A DNA stretch of 64,000 nucleotides. Origin: Kiloniellales bacterium. Lineage in GTDB: Bacteria > Pseudomonadota > Alphaproteobacteria > Kiloniellales > JAKSDN01. The stretch lies in NCBI GenBank assembly GCA_030064845.1, contig JASJEC010000002.1:62781-126780 (forward strand). The letters run 5' to 3'. Under the pieces are notes generated by a model, which was not told the origin of the DNA, did no database searches, and saw nothing but the letters and a program-made list of their open reading frames with translations. The position numbers were made by a program, and so were the translations under genes. This document shows positions 22,780 through 35,847 of this stretch, piece by piece (positions within the stretch are counted from its first letter, which is position 1; every line of letters starts with the position of its first letter).

Positions 22780-25476
22780 CTACTCCCCCAGCAGCATCTT
22801 CAGCTCGTAGAGCAGGTCCAGCGCCTTCCGTGGCGTGAACTCGTCGGGGTTCAGCTCGGCCAGGCGTTGCTCCACCGCCGAGGGGCCGGCCGCCTGCGGT
22901 GCCGGTGCCTCGGGCCTCGCCGCGAAGAGCGGCAGGTCGTCGGCCAGGCGGGAGAGGGAGCCGGCCTGCTCGCCCTGCTCCAGGATCTTCAGCACCTCCT
23001 CGGCGCGATGGACCACGGCGGCGGGCAGGCCGGCCAGCTTGGCGACGTGGATGCCGTAGCTGCGGTCGGCGGCGCCTGCGGCAACCTCGTGCAGGAAGAC
23101 CACCTCGCCCTGCCACTCCTTGACCCGCATGGAGCGGCAGGAGAGCGCGGAGAGGCGCGCGGTCAGGCTGGTCAGCTCGTGGTAGTGGGTGGCGAAGAGC
23201 GCGCGGCAGCGGTTGGCCTCGTGCAGGTGCTCGACGCAGGCCCAGGCGATCGAGAGGCCGTCGAAGGTGGCGGTGCCGCGGCCGATCTCGTCCAGGATGA
23301 CTAAGGAACGGGCCGTCGCCTGGTTCAGGATGACCGCCGTCTCGACCATCTCGACCATGAAGGTGGAGCGGCCGCGCGCCAGGTCATCGGCCGCGCCGAC
23401 CCGGCTGAACAGGCGGTCGATCACGCCGATCCGCGCCGCGCGCGCCGGGACGTAGCTGCCGGTCTGCGCCAGGATCGCGATCAGCGCGTTCTGGCGCAGG
23501 AAGGTGCTCTTGCCGGCCATGTTGGGGCCGGTCACCAGCCAGATCCGCTGGGCCTCGGCGAGGTCGCAGTCGTTGGCGACGAAGGGCTGGCCCTCGCCCG
23601 CCTCCAGCGCGGCCTCGACCACGGGGTGGCGGCCGCCCTGTATGGCAAAAGCCGTGCTTTCGTCGACCACGGGCCGGCACCAGCGGCGCTCCTCGGCCAG
23701 CTCGGCCAGCGCCGCCGTCACGTCGAGCTCGGCGAGCGCGCGGGCGGCCAGCGCGATATCTTCGGCGCGCGCCAGGACCTCGCCCACCAGGTCCTCGAAG
23801 AGCTTGAGTTCCAGGGCCAGCGCCCGCTCGGCGGCGGTCGAGATCTTCCGCTCCAGCTCGCCCAGCTCCACCGTGGTGAAACGCATAGCGTTCGCCATGG
23901 TCTGTCGGTGGATGAATTGGGACTCGACCCCAGCCGTCGTTAGCTTACCTGCGTTTTGAGCGGTCACCTCGATGTAGTAGCCGAGCAGGTTGTTGTGCCG
24001 CACCTTGAGCGAGGCGACGCCGGTCTCCTGGGCGTAGCGGGCCTGAAGGCCGGCGATCAGCTTGCGGCTCTCGTCGCGCAGGCCGCGCAACTCGTCCAGC
24101 TCCGGCGAGGTGCCGGGCGCGATGAAGCCACCGTCTCGCGCCTGCAGGGGCAACTCCGTTGCGAGGAATTTTGTCAGGCGCTCGACCAGGGTTTCGTGAA
24201 AGCCGAGCCCTGCCTTGACCGCCGCCAGACCCTCGGGCAGCGGCGGGAAGCTCTCTGCGGAGAGCAGCGCGCGCAGGGCCGCGGCCTGGGTCAGGCCATC
24301 GCGCACGGCGGCCAGATCCCGAGGGCCGCCGCGCCCCAGCGCGAGGCGCGAGAGCGCCCGTTCCAGGTCGGGGCAGGCTTTCAGGGCGATTCGCAAGTCG
24401 GACCGCAACGCGGTCTGTTCCAGGAGGTACTGCACCATGTCGAGGCGGCGCGCGATCTCCTCGGGCTGGGTCAGCGGCGCGGCCAGGCGCCCGGCCAGGA
24501 GGCGCCCGCCGGCGCCGGTCACGCTGCGGTCGATCACCGCCAGCAGGCTGCCCTTCCGGGCGCCCGACAGGGTCTGCGTGAGCTCGAGATTGCGCCTCGT
24601 GGCGCCGTCGATCTCCAGGACCGCGCCGGCGGCCAGGCGCTCGGGGCGCGCGAGCCGGGGCAGCTGGCCCTTCTGGGTCATTTCCACGTAGTCGAGCAGC
24701 GCCCCGGCGGCCGAGAGCTCGGCGCGCGAGAAGTCGCCGAAGGCGTCCAGCGCCGCGACGCCGTAGAAGGCCGCGAGGCGGCGCTCTGCGTTGGCGCTGT
24801 CGAAACGGGCCGAGGGCAGCGGCGAGAGCGCGGCGTTCCACTGGCCGAAGAGCTCTTTTAGCTCCGAATGCTGGAGCAGGCGTTCGGGCACCAGGACCTC
24901 GCCGGGCGAGAGCCGGGTCAGCGCCGCGGCCAGATCGCGGGGCACGGCGCCCTGAGTCTGGAACGCGCCGGTGGAGAGATCCAGCCAGGCGAGGCCCAGC
25001 TCGCCGCCCACGTCGCCCACGGCCAGCAGGAAGTTGTTGGCCCGCGACTCGAGCAGCTCGTCCTCGGTGATCGTGCCGGGAGTGACGAGGCGCACCACCT
25101 CGCGCTTCACCACAGCCTTGCTGCCGCGCTTCTTGGCCTCGGCCGGGTCCTCGACCTGCTCGCAGATCGCCACCTTGAAGCCCTGGCGGATCAGCTTGGA
25201 GAGATAGGCCTCGGCGGCATGAACCGGCACGCCGCACATGGGGATGTCCTCGCCCTTATGCTGGCCGCGGCGGGTCAGCGTGATGTCGAGCGCGGCCGCG
25301 GCCTTGACCGCGTCCTCGAAGAACAGCTCGTAGAAGTCGCCCATGCGGTAGAACAGGAGGCCCTCGGCATGCTCCTGCTTGATGCGCAGATACTGCGCCA
25401 TCATCGGGCTGGCGCCGGCGGGAATCCCCGCGCCGCCGGCTGGCGTCGAGGATGGCGGCTTCAGGGGTTCGGACAC
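22780..25476 (-). CDS. mutS: DNA mismatch repair protein MutS
   Basis: 898 aa. [13 protein letters not shown], the Walker A motif GPNMAGKST and STFMVEM are all present. Confidence 0.95.
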   Translation of the reverse strand: MSEPLKPPSSTPAGGAGIPAGASPMMAQYLRIKQEHAEGLLFYRMGDFYELFFEDAVKAAAALDITLTRRGQHKGEDIPMCGVPVHAAEAYLSKLIRQGFKVAICEQVEDPAEAKKRGSKAVVKREVVRLVTPGTITEDELLESRANNFLLAVGDVGGELGLAWLDLSTGAFQTQGAVPRDLAAALTRLSPGEVLVPERLLQHSELKELFGQWNAALSPLPSARFDSANAERRLAAFYGVAALDAFGDFSRAELSAAGALLDYVEMTQKGQLPRLARPERLAAGAVLEIDGATRRNLELTQTLSGARKGSLLAVIDRSVTGAGGRLLAGRLAAPLTQPEEIARRLDMVQYLLEQTALRSDLRIALKACPDLERALSRLALGRGGPRDLAAVRDGLTQAAALRALLSAESFPPLPEGLAAVKAGLGFHETLVERLTKFLATELPLQARDGGFIAPGTSPELDELRGLRDESRKLIAGLQARYAQETGVASLKVRHNNLLGYYIEVTAQNAGKLTTAGVESQFIHRQTMANAMRFTTVELGELERKISTAAERALALELKLFEDLVGEVLARAEDIALAARALAELDVTAALAELAEERRWCRPVVDESTAFAIQGGRHPVVEAALEAGEGQPFVANDCDLAEAQRIWLVTGPNMAGKSTFLRQNALIAILAQTGSYVPARAARIGVIDRLFSRVGAADDLARGRSTFMVEMVETAVILNQATARSLVILDEIGRGTATFDGLSIAWACVEHLHEANRCRALFATHYHELTSLTARLSALSCRSMRVKEWQGEVVFLHEVAAGAADRSYGIHVAKLAGLPAAVVHRAEEVLKILEQGEQAGSLSRLADDLPLFAARPEAPAPQAAGPSAVEQRLAELNPDEFTPRKALDLLYELKMLLGE

Positions 25477-25671
25477 GCTGGGTTCCAGATAGGCGGCGGC
25501 TGCAACTATCAGGCCTTTGGAAACGGCACCTTGTCGCCCTCGGGCTCGACCCGGGGGTCCAGTCTGGTATCAATAGAGGCGATCCTGGATTGCCCGGTCA
25601 AGCCCGGCAAGGGCAGCGGAGGACGAGCCGCCGGCAGCCGGCGGCTCGAAGCATCGGAGGTAATTGGCGCG

Positions 25672-26190
25672 ATGTCGGATTCGAACGGAGACCAGCCCGC
25701 GGCGGCGGGCGAAACCCTGGAGCTCGTCGGCCGCTTCGCCGACCAGGAGTCGTTCCGCGCCGCGGTCGAGGGCCTGCGCGCCGCCGGCTTCGAGCGCAGC
25801 GACCTCTCGGTGCTCGACACCCACGAGTCGCTCTCGGCCAGCAAGTCGCCGCGCGAGGCCTGGCAGGAGACGCTGGCCGGCCTGGTCGGCGAGGTGAAGT
25901 ACGTCGGGCCGATCACCACCGCGGGCCTGATCGCGATCGCGACCGGCCCGGTCGGCATGGCGATCGCCGCCGCCGTGGCGGCGGGACTGACCGGCGTGGC
26001 GCTGCGCGAGCTCTTGGCCGAGATCAGGGCGACGCCCCACACGGACGATTTCGCCCGGGCGCTGGAGGGCGGCGCCCTGCTGCTCTGGGTCGCGGTGGCG
26101 ACGCCCGAGCACGAGGCCGAGGCGCGGCAGATCATGGCGCGCCACAACGCCGCCGACCTGCACACCCACCGGCGCGCGCCGGGCGGGTGA
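25672..26190 (+). CDS. hypothetical membrane protein with two small stress-protein-like alpha/beta modules flanking a Gly/Ala-zipper segment
   Basis: These are the last 172 codons of the 24868..26190 ORF, starting at ATG 25672 with GGAGG about 12 nt upstream. LVGRFADQESFRAAVEGLRAAGFERSDLSVL and LLLWVAVATPEHEAEARQIMARHNA flank GPITTAGLIAIATGPVGMAIAAAVAAGLTG. Confidence 0.55.
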   Translation: MSDSNGDQPAAAGETLELVGRFADQESFRAAVEGLRAAGFERSDLSVLDTHESLSASKSPREAWQETLAGLVGEVKYVGPITTAGLIAIATGPVGMAIAAAVAAGLTGVALRELLAEIRATPHTDDFARALEGGALLLWVAVATPEHEAEARQIMARHNAADLHTHRRAPGG

Positions 26191-26346
26191 ACAGGCACGC
26201 GCGGACTCGGCGGCGGCACGGCCGCCCTTTGCCCGCCCTTTGACGGACTCCGCCCCGCTCTCTAACATCGGTCGCGCGGACAAGGCGCGCGGCGCCGCCC
26301 GACAAGAAGGCCGCCGCACCCGCGTTCGGCGCGAGAGGTCCAGGAA

Positions 26347-28638
<2,292 letters not shown>

Positions 28639-28795
28639 CAGATATCTCGCATTCACCGCCGCGGGCCTGCGGGGAGCGCCGCAGGTCGATGGATTGTGCG
28701 ATCGCTGCGGGAAGCGGTAACATGCGCCCGCTTTGCCTGGCGGGTCAGGCATCGGCGACATTGAGAGCCTGTACCGGGACCGCGCGTCGACCCTC

Positions 28796-30211
28796 ATGGA
28801 CCCTCGCTCATCGATCCTCTCGCGACGGCTCGTCGCGCTGGCCTGGATGATCGGGCCCGGCGCCGCCGTCGTGCTCGCCCTGGCCCTGTTCGGCGGGGTC
28901 GCGCCGGGGGTCGGCCTCGCCGCGCTCTTGGGCCTCGTCGTCGCGGGCGGCATGGGCGCCTGGTTTCATTTCCAGCGGATCGACGCCCTGCGCTCGAGCC
29001 TCCAGGCGCTGGCGCGAAGCGACGCCGAGGGGGAGTCGCGGCGCGCCCTGCCGGGCACGAGCGCGACGCTCTGCGCCGGACTGGATACGACCATCGAGCA
29101 GATCATCGAGCACCAGAGGGTGAAGCGCCGTCAGCTCGAGGACGTGGTGACCGGCAACGAGGCGATCCTCGAGAGCCTGCCCGATCCCCTGATCATGCTG
29201 GACCGCGAGCGGCGAATCGTCCGGGTGAACGCCGCCGTGACCAAATCGCTCGGCCGGGATCTGCCCGGGCGTGATCTCTGCGAAGTATTCCGGGCCCCGG
29301 CCCTGCTAGAGGCCGCCGACGAGGTCTTGGCCGGGGGCAACGGACGGATCGTCGAGTTCTCCGTGCCCGGTCGCCTGGAGTACCACTACCTGGCGCGGGT
29401 CGCCGGCCTGCCCGGTCCGGCGCCAGACGGCACCATCGCGATCCTGTCCCTGCACGACCAGACCGGCATCAAGCGGGCCGAGCGCCTGCGCGCCGATTTC
29501 GTGGCCAACGCCAGCCACGAGCTGCGCACGCCGCTGGCCAGCCTGCTCGGCTTCATCGAGACTTTGAACGGGCCGGCGCGCGGTGACCGCGCGGCCCAGG
29601 CCCAGTTCCTGACCATCATGCACGACCAGGCCGAGCGCATGAAGCACCTGGTCGAGGACCTGCTGTCCCTGTCCCGGATCGAGATGAAGGAGCACGCGCT
29701 GCCCGACGGCAGGGTCAACCTGGAACGTCTGCTCTACTCGGTGGCCAATACCCTCGAACTCAAGGCCAAGGACAAGGACATGGTGATCCGGGTCCAATGC
29801 GAGCACCTGGCGGCCGTGACCGGCGACTACGACGAGCTGACCCAGGTGTTCCAGAACCTGATCGACAATGCCCTGAAATACGGCCGTGCCGGCACCGAGA
29901 TACGGGTTTCGGGCGCCGTGTCCCCGAAGGCGGCTCAGAAGCTGCAGTGCAAGGCGCTGGCGGTCGCGATCGCCGACGAGGGTGAGGGGATCTTGCCGGA
30001 GCACATACCGCGCCTGACCGAGCGTTTCTACCGGGTCGATACAGCGCGCTCGCGGCAACTTGGCGGAACCGGGCTAGGCCTGGCCATTGTCAAGCACATC
30101 GTCAGCCGCCACCGGGGCATCCTGGATATCAGCAGCCAGGTCGGGAAAGGGTCGGTCTTCACGGTATACCTGCCCATGGCGGAAGGCGCGGACGATGTCG
30201 CGGCCGAATGA
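28796..30211 (+). CDS. phoR: phosphate regulon sensor histidine kinase PhoR
   Basis: ATG 28796 is preferred over the TTG at 28733. It has two TM segments, a PAS domain, the H-box HELRTPLASLLGFIETL and the ATPase blocks DEGEGI and GTGLGLAIVKHIV. It lies directly upstream of pstS. Confidence 0.85.
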   Translation: MDPRSSILSRRLVALAWMIGPGAAVVLALALFGGVAPGVGLAALLGLVVAGGMGAWFHFQRIDALRSSLQALARSDAEGESRRALPGTSATLCAGLDTTIEQIIEHQRVKRRQLEDVVTGNEAILESLPDPLIMLDRERRIVRVNAAVTKSLGRDLPGRDLCEVFRAPALLEAADEVLAGGNGRIVEFSVPGRLEYHYLARVAGLPGPAPDGTIAILSLHDQTGIKRAERLRADFVANASHELRTPLASLLGFIETLNGPARGDRAAQAQFLTIMHDQAERMKHLVEDLLSLSRIEMKEHALPDGRVNLERLLYSVANTLELKAKDKDMVIRVQCEHLAAVTGDYDELTQVFQNLIDNALKYGRAGTEIRVSGAVSPKAAQKLQCKALAVAIADEGEGILPEHIPRLTERFYRVDTARSRQLGGTGLGLAIVKHIVSRHRGILDISSQVGKGSVFTVYLPMAEGADDVAAE

Positions 30212-30275
30212 GCCGCAGCCACGACGTCTTAACTAACTGATGTATATAGTATAATTGAGCGAATATTCGGCTTCA

Positions 30276-30293
30276 TTGTCATAAGACTGTAAC
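30276..30293 (+). promoter_or_regulatory. Pho box (PhoB binding site) in the pstS promoter
   Basis: TTGTCATAAGACTGTAAC against CTGTCAT-N4-CTGTCAT (two 7-nt direct repeats with 11-bp periodicity). It sits in an AT-rich gap 108-125 nt upstream of pstS. Confidence 0.65.
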
Positions 30294-30400
30294 GAAGCTG
30301 CAATATTACTATCGCCGTCGGTCACTACGTTCCGTCGTCACCGAGTTCGGCCCCTCTGAGGGGCCGACGTTCATTATGGAATACAGACGGAGATGGTCCC

Positions 30401-31435
30401 GTGATCAAACACGCTCTCGCTGTCGCAACCGCGACGGCTTTCGTGCTGGCTACCGGTCAAGCCTCCGCGCAGTCGCGCAACCAGATCCACATCGTCGGCT
30501 CGTCCACGGTGTTTCCCTTCTCCACGGCCGTCGCCGAGAACTTCGGCCGGACGACGAAGTTCAAGACCCCGGTGGTTGAGAGCACCGGTTCGGGCGGCGG
30601 CATGAAGCTGTTCTGCGCCGGCGTCGGCCTCGAGCACCCCGACATCACCAACGCCTCGCGCCGGATCAAGTCCTCCGAGTTCGAGAAGTGCGCCAAGGCC
30701 GGCATCGGCATCACCGAGGTCAAGTTCGGCTACGACGGCATCGTGCTGGCCAACGCCAAGTCGGCCCCGGCCCTCAGCCTGACCAAGAAGCAGATCTTCA
30801 TGGCGCTGGCCAAGCAAGTTCCGGTCGACGGCCAGCTGGTCGACAACCCCTACAAGACCTGGAACGAGATCGATTCCTCGCTGCCGAACGCGCGGATCGA
30901 GGTGCTCGGCCCGCCGCCGACCAGCGGCACCCGTGACGCCTTCGTCGAGCTCGCCATGGAGGGCGGCGCCAAGGCCTTCCCGATGCTCAAGGACATGCGC
31001 AAGAAGGACAAGAAGGCCTTCAAGTCGGTCGCCCACGCGATCCGCGAGGACGGCGCCTTCATCGAAGCCGGCGAGAACGACAACCTGATCGTCCAGAAGC
31101 TCGAGGCCAACCCGAAGGCGCTCGGCATCTTCGGCTTCAGCTTCCTCGACCAGAACGGCGACAAGATCAAGGGCGCCATGGTCGACGGCGTCGAGCCGAC
31201 CTTCGAGCTGATCGCCAGCGGCAAGTACGGCGTGTCCCGCTCGCTCTACTTCTACGTCAAGAAGGAGCACGTGGGCGTCGTGCCGGGCATCGCCGAGTTC
31301 GTCGCCGAGTTCACCAGCGACAAGGCGTGGGGACCGGACGGCTACCTGGTCGACAAGGGCCTGATCCCCCTGCCCGAAGCGGACCGCAAGTCGGTCGCGG
31401 CTTCGGCCAGCTCCTTGCAGCCGCTCAGCATGTAA
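30401..31435 (+). CDS. pstS: phosphate ABC transporter substrate-binding protein PstS
   Basis: 344 aa with a signal peptide. IHIVGSSTVFPFSTAVAE...TGSGGGMKLFCAG is the PstS (PBP-like 2) pattern. Confidence 0.9.
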   Translation: MIKHALAVATATAFVLATGQASAQSRNQIHIVGSSTVFPFSTAVAENFGRTTKFKTPVVESTGSGGGMKLFCAGVGLEHPDITNASRRIKSSEFEKCAKAGIGITEVKFGYDGIVLANAKSAPALSLTKKQIFMALAKQVPVDGQLVDNPYKTWNEIDSSLPNARIEVLGPPPTSGTRDAFVELAMEGGAKAFPMLKDMRKKDKKAFKSVAHAIREDGAFIEAGENDNLIVQKLEANPKALGIFGFSFLDQNGDKIKGAMVDGVEPTFELIASGKYGVSRSLYFYVKKEHVGVVPGIAEFVAEFTSDKAWGPDGYLVDKGLIPLPEADRKSVAASASSLQPLSM

Positions 31436-31443
31436 CGCGATCG

Positions 31444-31503
31444 GGAACCGCGCGCCGGCGGAGACTAGCCCCGGCGTGCGGTTCCACCTTCGCGTGATTT
31501 TTT
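31444..31503 (+). terminator. pstS-pstC intercistronic hairpin with a distal T-run (partial terminator or mRNA stabiliser)
   Basis: GGAACCGCGCGCCGG (31444-31458) pairs with CCGGCGTGCGGTTCC (31471-31485), giving a 15-bp stem with one G-U pair. The T6 run at 31498-31503 is 12 nt from the stem, so this is not a canonical terminator. Confidence 0.4.
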
Positions 31504-31524
31504 GGTGGATAGCTGTTCATTGAT

Positions 31525-32910
31525 ATGTCCTCCACCCTGCTGGTGATCGTCGTGCTCCTCGCGCTCAGCTCGATCGGCTACGGGCTGGGCCGAAGGCGGG
31601 CCTTCTCGGTGAGCAGCGGCCACAGCGCGGCGCTTCATTCGCGGCCGCAGTACTATGGCTTCTACGTCGCCCTCTGGGCCGCGCTGCCCTCCTTCTTCCT
31701 GGTCGGCCTCTGGCTCATTTTCGAGTCCTACGTCGTGGATCTCATGCTGCGCGCGAACATCGCGCCGCTGACGCAGGACCTGGAAGAGAGCGAGATCCGC
31801 CTCCTGATGAGCCAGATCAAGAATCTGGCGCTGGCCAACATTCCGCCGGCCAACCCGGCGCCCGAGGTGATCACGGCCGCAGAGAACTACGTCGCGATGC
31901 TCGATCAGAGCGCGCACCTGCGCAGCCTTCTCGCGTTCGCGGCGGCCATCGCCGGCCTGGCGATCGGCGCGCGCGCGATCAGCCCGCGCCTGCGCGCCCG
32001 CAACCAGGTGGAGCGGGCGGTCACCGTGCTGATGGTTATCGCCTCGACCATCGCGATCCTGACCACGGTCGGCATCGTGCTCTCGCTTTTCTTCGAGGCC
32101 TGGCGGTTCTTCACCAAGGTGCCCTGGTACGAGTTCGTGTTCGGCCTGCACTGGAGCCCGCAGACCGCCCTGCGCGCCGATCAGGTGGGCGCCTCGGGCT
32201 CGTTCGGCGCGATTCCGCTGTTCGCCGGTACGATGCTGATCACCCTCATCGCCATGGCGGTCGCGGTGCCGATCGGCCTGATGTCGGCGATCTACATGTC
32301 GGAGTACGCCCCGCCGAAGATCCGCGCCACGGCCAAGCCCATGCTCGAGATCCTGGCCGGCGTGCCGACCGTGGTCTACGGCTTCTTCGCCGCCTTGACC
32401 GTCGCCCCCTTCTTCCGCAACACCGGCGACGCGATCGGCCTGACGGTCGCCTCGGAATCGGCCCTGGCCGCCGGCGTGGTCATGGGGATCATGATCATCC
32501 CCTTCGTATCGTCCCTGTCGGACGACGTGATGAACGCCGTGCCCCAGACCCTGCGCGACGGGGCCTATGCGCTGGGCGCGACCAAGTCCGAGACGATCAA
32601 GCAGGTCATCATGCCGGCGGCGCTGCCGGGCATCGTCGGCGGCGTCCTGCTCGCGGTCAGCCGCGCCATCGGCGAGACCATGATCGTCGTCATGGCCGCC
32701 GGCCTGGCGGCCAACCTGACCGCCAACCCGCTGGAGGCGGTCACCACGGTGACGGTCCAGATCGTCACCCTGCTGGTCGGCGACCAGGAATTCGACAGCG
32801 CCAAGACGCTGGCCGCCTTCGCCCTCGGCCTGGTGCTCTTCGTGCTGACCCTTTCGCTCAACGTCGTCGCGCTCCGTATCGTCCGCAAATACCGAGAGAA
32901 GTATGACTGA
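31525..32910 (+). CDS. pstC: phosphate ABC transporter permease PstC (long form)
   Basis: 461 aa, polytopic. It carries the EAA-type loop RDGAYALGATKSETIKQVIMPAALPGI. Confidence 0.9.
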   Translation: MSSTLLVIVVLLALSSIGYGLGRRRAFSVSSGHSAALHSRPQYYGFYVALWAALPSFFLVGLWLIFESYVVDLMLRANIAPLTQDLEESEIRLLMSQIKNLALANIPPANPAPEVITAAENYVAMLDQSAHLRSLLAFAAAIAGLAIGARAISPRLRARNQVERAVTVLMVIASTIAILTTVGIVLSLFFEAWRFFTKVPWYEFVFGLHWSPQTALRADQVGASGSFGAIPLFAGTMLITLIAMAVAVPIGLMSAIYMSEYAPPKIRATAKPMLEILAGVPTVVYGFFAALTVAPFFRNTGDAIGLTVASESALAAGVVMGIMIIPFVSSLSDDVMNAVPQTLRDGAYALGATKSETIKQVIMPAALPGIVGGVLLAVSRAIGETMIVVMAAGLAANLTANPLEAVTTVTVQIVTLLVGDQEFDSAKTLAAFALGLVLFVLTLSLNVVALRIVRKYREKYD

Positions 32911-34237
32911 CGCCAGTCTCAACGGCGGGGCTCTCACCGGCGGGGCGCTCAACGGCCGCCTGCCCACGGCGCAGGAGCTCTCGCCGGCACGCGTTCGCAA
33001 GCGCTACGCGGCGGAACGCCGGTTCCGCGCCTACGGCGCCGCGGCGATCCTCGCCGCCGTCGCCATTCTCGCGATCCTGATCGTCAGCATCGTCTCCAAG
33101 GGCTACTCGGCCTTCGTGCAGACCGAGATCGCGCTGGAGATCACCTTCGATCCCGAGGTGATCGACCCGACCGGCGAGCGCGATCCGGAGGTCCTGGCCT
33201 CGGCCAACTACGCGCCGCTGATCCGGGACGCCCTGACCAAGGTGTTCCCCGAGGTGACGGGTCGGCGCGACAAGCGCAATCTCCGCCGGCTGGTCTCCAC
33301 GGGATCGCCCTTCGAGCTCGGCCACCTGGTCAAGAACAACCCCGACCTGATCGGGACGACCCAGACGGTCTGGCTGGCGGCCTCGGCCAAGATCGACGGC
33401 GTGATCAAGGGGCAGATCTCGCGCGAGGTGCCCGAGAGCGACCGCATCGTGTCGGACCGGGAGCTGGCCTGGCTCGAGGTGCTGGAATCCCGGGGGCAGG
33501 TGGAGACCAAGTTCAACAGCCGGCTGTTCAGCGCCGGCGACAGCCGCGAGCCGGAGCAGGCCGGCATCTGGGGTGCCGCGGTCGGCTCCATGCTGACGCT
33601 CTTCGTCACCTTCATGCTGTCCTTCCCGATCGCCGTCCTGAGCGCGATCTACCTGGAAGAGTTCGCGCCCAAGAACCGCGTCACCGACCTGATCGAGGTC
33701 AACATCAACAACCTCGCCGCCGTGCCGTCGATCGTGTTTGGCCTGCTCGGCCTCGCGGTCTTCCTGAACGTCTTCGGCATGCCCCGGTCGGCGCCCTTGG
33801 TCGGCGGCATGGTGCTCGCGCTCATGACTCTGCCGACGATCATCATCGCGGCTCGCGCCGCCCTGAAGGCGGTGCCGCCGTCGATCCGGGAGGCCGCTCT
33901 GGGCGTCGGCGCCTCCAAGCACCAGGTGGTCTGGCACCACGTGCTGCCGCTCGCCATGCCCGGCATCCTAACCGGCACGATCATCGGGCTGGCGCAGGCC
34001 CTGGGCGAGACCGCCCCGCTGCTGATGATCGGCATGGTGGCCTTCATCGTCGACATTCCCGGCGGGTTCACCGACCCTTCGACGGTCCTGCCGGTGCAGA
34101 TCTACATCTGGGCCGACAGCCCGGAGCGGGCCTTCGTGGAGCGGACTTCGGCCGCCATCATGGTCCTCTTGACCTTCCTGGTGGCAATGAATGCGCTGGC
34201 CGTGTTCCTGCGGAAGCGTTTCGAGCGGCGCTGGTAA
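32903..34237 (+). CDS. pstA: phosphate ABC transporter permease PstA
   Basis: 444 aa. It overlaps pstC by 8 nt and contains [30 protein letters not shown]. Confidence 0.9.
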   Translation: MTDASLNGGALTGGALNGRLPTAQELSPARVRKRYAAERRFRAYGAAAILAAVAILAILIVSIVSKGYSAFVQTEIALEITFDPEVIDPTGERDPEVLASANYAPLIRDALTKVFPEVTGRRDKRNLRRLVSTGSPFELGHLVKNNPDLIGTTQTVWLAASAKIDGVIKGQISREVPESDRIVSDRELAWLEVLESRGQVETKFNSRLFSAGDSREPEQAGIWGAAVGSMLTLFVTFMLSFPIAVLSAIYLEEFAPKNRVTDLIEVNINNLAAVPSIVFGLLGLAVFLNVFGMPRSAPLVGGMVLALMTLPTIIIAARAALKAVPPSIREAALGVGASKHQVVWHHVLPLAMPGILTGTIIGLAQALGETAPLLMIGMVAFIVDIPGGFTDPSTVLPVQIYIWADSPERAFVERTSAAIMVLLTFLVAMNALAVFLRKRFERRW

Positions 34238-34256
34238 CGAAGAGGAGGAGCGAGTC

Positions 34257-35075
34257 ATGAGCCTGACAGACGACCATCCAGCCGTCGCGGTCGAAACGGC
34301 CCCGGACATGAGGGCCAACCCGCCCAAGTTCGTCAGCAAGGGGGTCAACGTCCACTACGGCGACAAGCAAGCGCTGGTCGATGTCGACATCGACATCCTG
34401 CCGAACGAGGTGACGGCGCTGATCGGCCCCTCGGGCTGCGGCAAGTCGACCTATCTGCGCTGCCTCAACCGGATGAACGACGTGATCGAAGGCTGCCGGG
34501 TCACCGGCAGGATCGACCTTGACGGCGACGACATCTATTCAGAAAAGGTCGACGTGGTTCAGCTGCGCGCCCGGGTCGGCATGGTGTTCCAGAAGCCCAA
34601 TCCCTTTCCCAAGTCAGTCTTCGACAACGTCGCCTACGGCCCGAAGATCCACGGCATCGCCGAGAAGCGCGGCGACCTGGAGCAGCTGGTCGAGATCAGC
34701 CTGCAGAAGGCGGGGCTCTGGGACGAGGTCAAGGACCGTCTCGACGGGCCGGGCACGGGTCTGTCCGGCGGCCAGCAGCAGCGCCTCTGCATCGCGCGGG
34801 CGATCGCCGTCAGCCCCGACGTGATCCTGATGGACGAGCCCTGTTCGGCGCTCGACCCCATCGCGACCGCCAAGATCGAGGAGCTGATCGACGAGCTCCG
34901 GGAGAACTTCACGATCGTCATCGTGACCCACTCGATGCAGCAGGCGGCGCGGGTATCCCAGAAGACGGCCTTCTTCCACCTGGGCACCCTGGTGGAGCAC
35001 GGGAATACCGAGGAGATCTTCACCAACCCCAAGGATGACCGGACCCAGGGCTACATCACGGGCAGATTTGGTTAG
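34257..35075 (+). CDS. pstB: phosphate ABC transporter ATP-binding protein PstB
   Basis: ATG 34257 sits after GAGGAGGAG. Motifs present are Walker [10 protein letters not shown], signature LSGGQQQRL and Walker B ILMDEP. Confidence 0.95.
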   Translation: MSLTDDHPAVAVETAPDMRANPPKFVSKGVNVHYGDKQALVDVDIDILPNEVTALIGPSGCGKSTYLRCLNRMNDVIEGCRVTGRIDLDGDDIYSEKVDVVQLRARVGMVFQKPNPFPKSVFDNVAYGPKIHGIAEKRGDLEQLVEISLQKAGLWDEVKDRLDGPGTGLSGGQQQRLCIARAIAVSPDVILMDEPCSALDPIATAKIEELIDELRENFTIVIVTHSMQQAARVSQKTAFFHLGTLVEHGNTEEIFTNPKDDRTQGYITGRFG

Positions 35076-35090
35076 GATCCGAGGCAGCCG

Positions 35091-35819
35091 ATGAGCCAAG
35101 CGAACGAACACATCGTCAGGTCCTTCGATAACCAGCTCGAAGATCTGCGCCACGCCATTGTCAAGATGGGCGGCCTCGCCGAGAGCCAGGTGGCGGCGTC
35201 GATCAAGACCCTGGTCCAGCGGGACGCGGACGCCGCGACGACGCTCCTGGCGCGTGACCGCGAGCTGGACCAGATGGAGCATGAGATCGACAAGATGGCG
35301 ATGCGTCTGCTGGCGCTCCGCCAGCCGGTCGCGATCGACCTCAGGGAGATCGTGTCGGCACTCAAGATCTCCAACAACCTGGAGCGGATCGGCGACTATG
35401 CCTGCAGCGTCGCCGAGCGGGCGCGGACCCTGGCGCGCCACTCGGTCATCGCGCCGGTGCACAGCCTGCCGCGCATGGCCCAGCTGGTTCAGCTCGAGAT
35501 CAAAACGGTGCTCGACGCCTACGTGAAGCACGACGCCGAGAAGGCGATCGAGGTCTGGAACAGCGACGAGGAGGTGGACGCGCTCTATACCAGCCTGTTC
35601 CGCGAGACCTTGACCTACATGATGGAGGACCCTCGCAACATCACGCCCTGCACCCATCTACTGTTCATCGCGCGCAGCATCGAGCGCATGGGCGACCACG
35701 CCACGAACATGGCGGAGTACGTCTACTACCTGGTCAAGGGCGAGCCCCTAACCTTCGACCGCCCCGTGGCCGACAGCACCAGCCTGGCGGGCATCGACCC
35801 GCCGCAGACAGGGACCTGA
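35091..35819 (+). CDS. phoU: phosphate signalling regulator PhoU
   Basis: 242 aa with two PhoU repeats (ISNNLERIGDYA and IARSIERMGDHATN). Confidence 0.95.
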   Translation: MSQANEHIVRSFDNQLEDLRHAIVKMGGLAESQVAASIKTLVQRDADAATTLLARDRELDQMEHEIDKMAMRLLALRQPVAIDLREIVSALKISNNLERIGDYACSVAERARTLARHSVIAPVHSLPRMAQLVQLEIKTVLDAYVKHDAEKAIEVWNSDEEVDALYTSLFRETLTYMMEDPRNITPCTHLLFIARSIERMGDHATNMAEYVYYLVKGEPLTFDRPVADSTSLAGIDPPQTGT

Positions 35820-35847
35820 AACGACAGTGGACGGATATTCTGCCGCT

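Noticed and set aside
28666-28685. Hairpin CCTGCGG-GGAGCG-CCGCAGG after maeB as an intrinsic terminator
   Set aside because: The stem is only 7 bp and no T-run follows. It is too weak to call.
28733-28795. Non-ATG upstream starts offered by the ORF track (TTG 28733 for phoR, TTG 47788 for the 2OG oxygenase, GTG 35827 for phoB, ATG 42211 for the bactofilin)
   Set aside because: In each case a downstream ATG gives an N-terminus that matches the family better, or has a clearer purine-rich RBS. The longer versions cannot be excluded without experimental start mapping.
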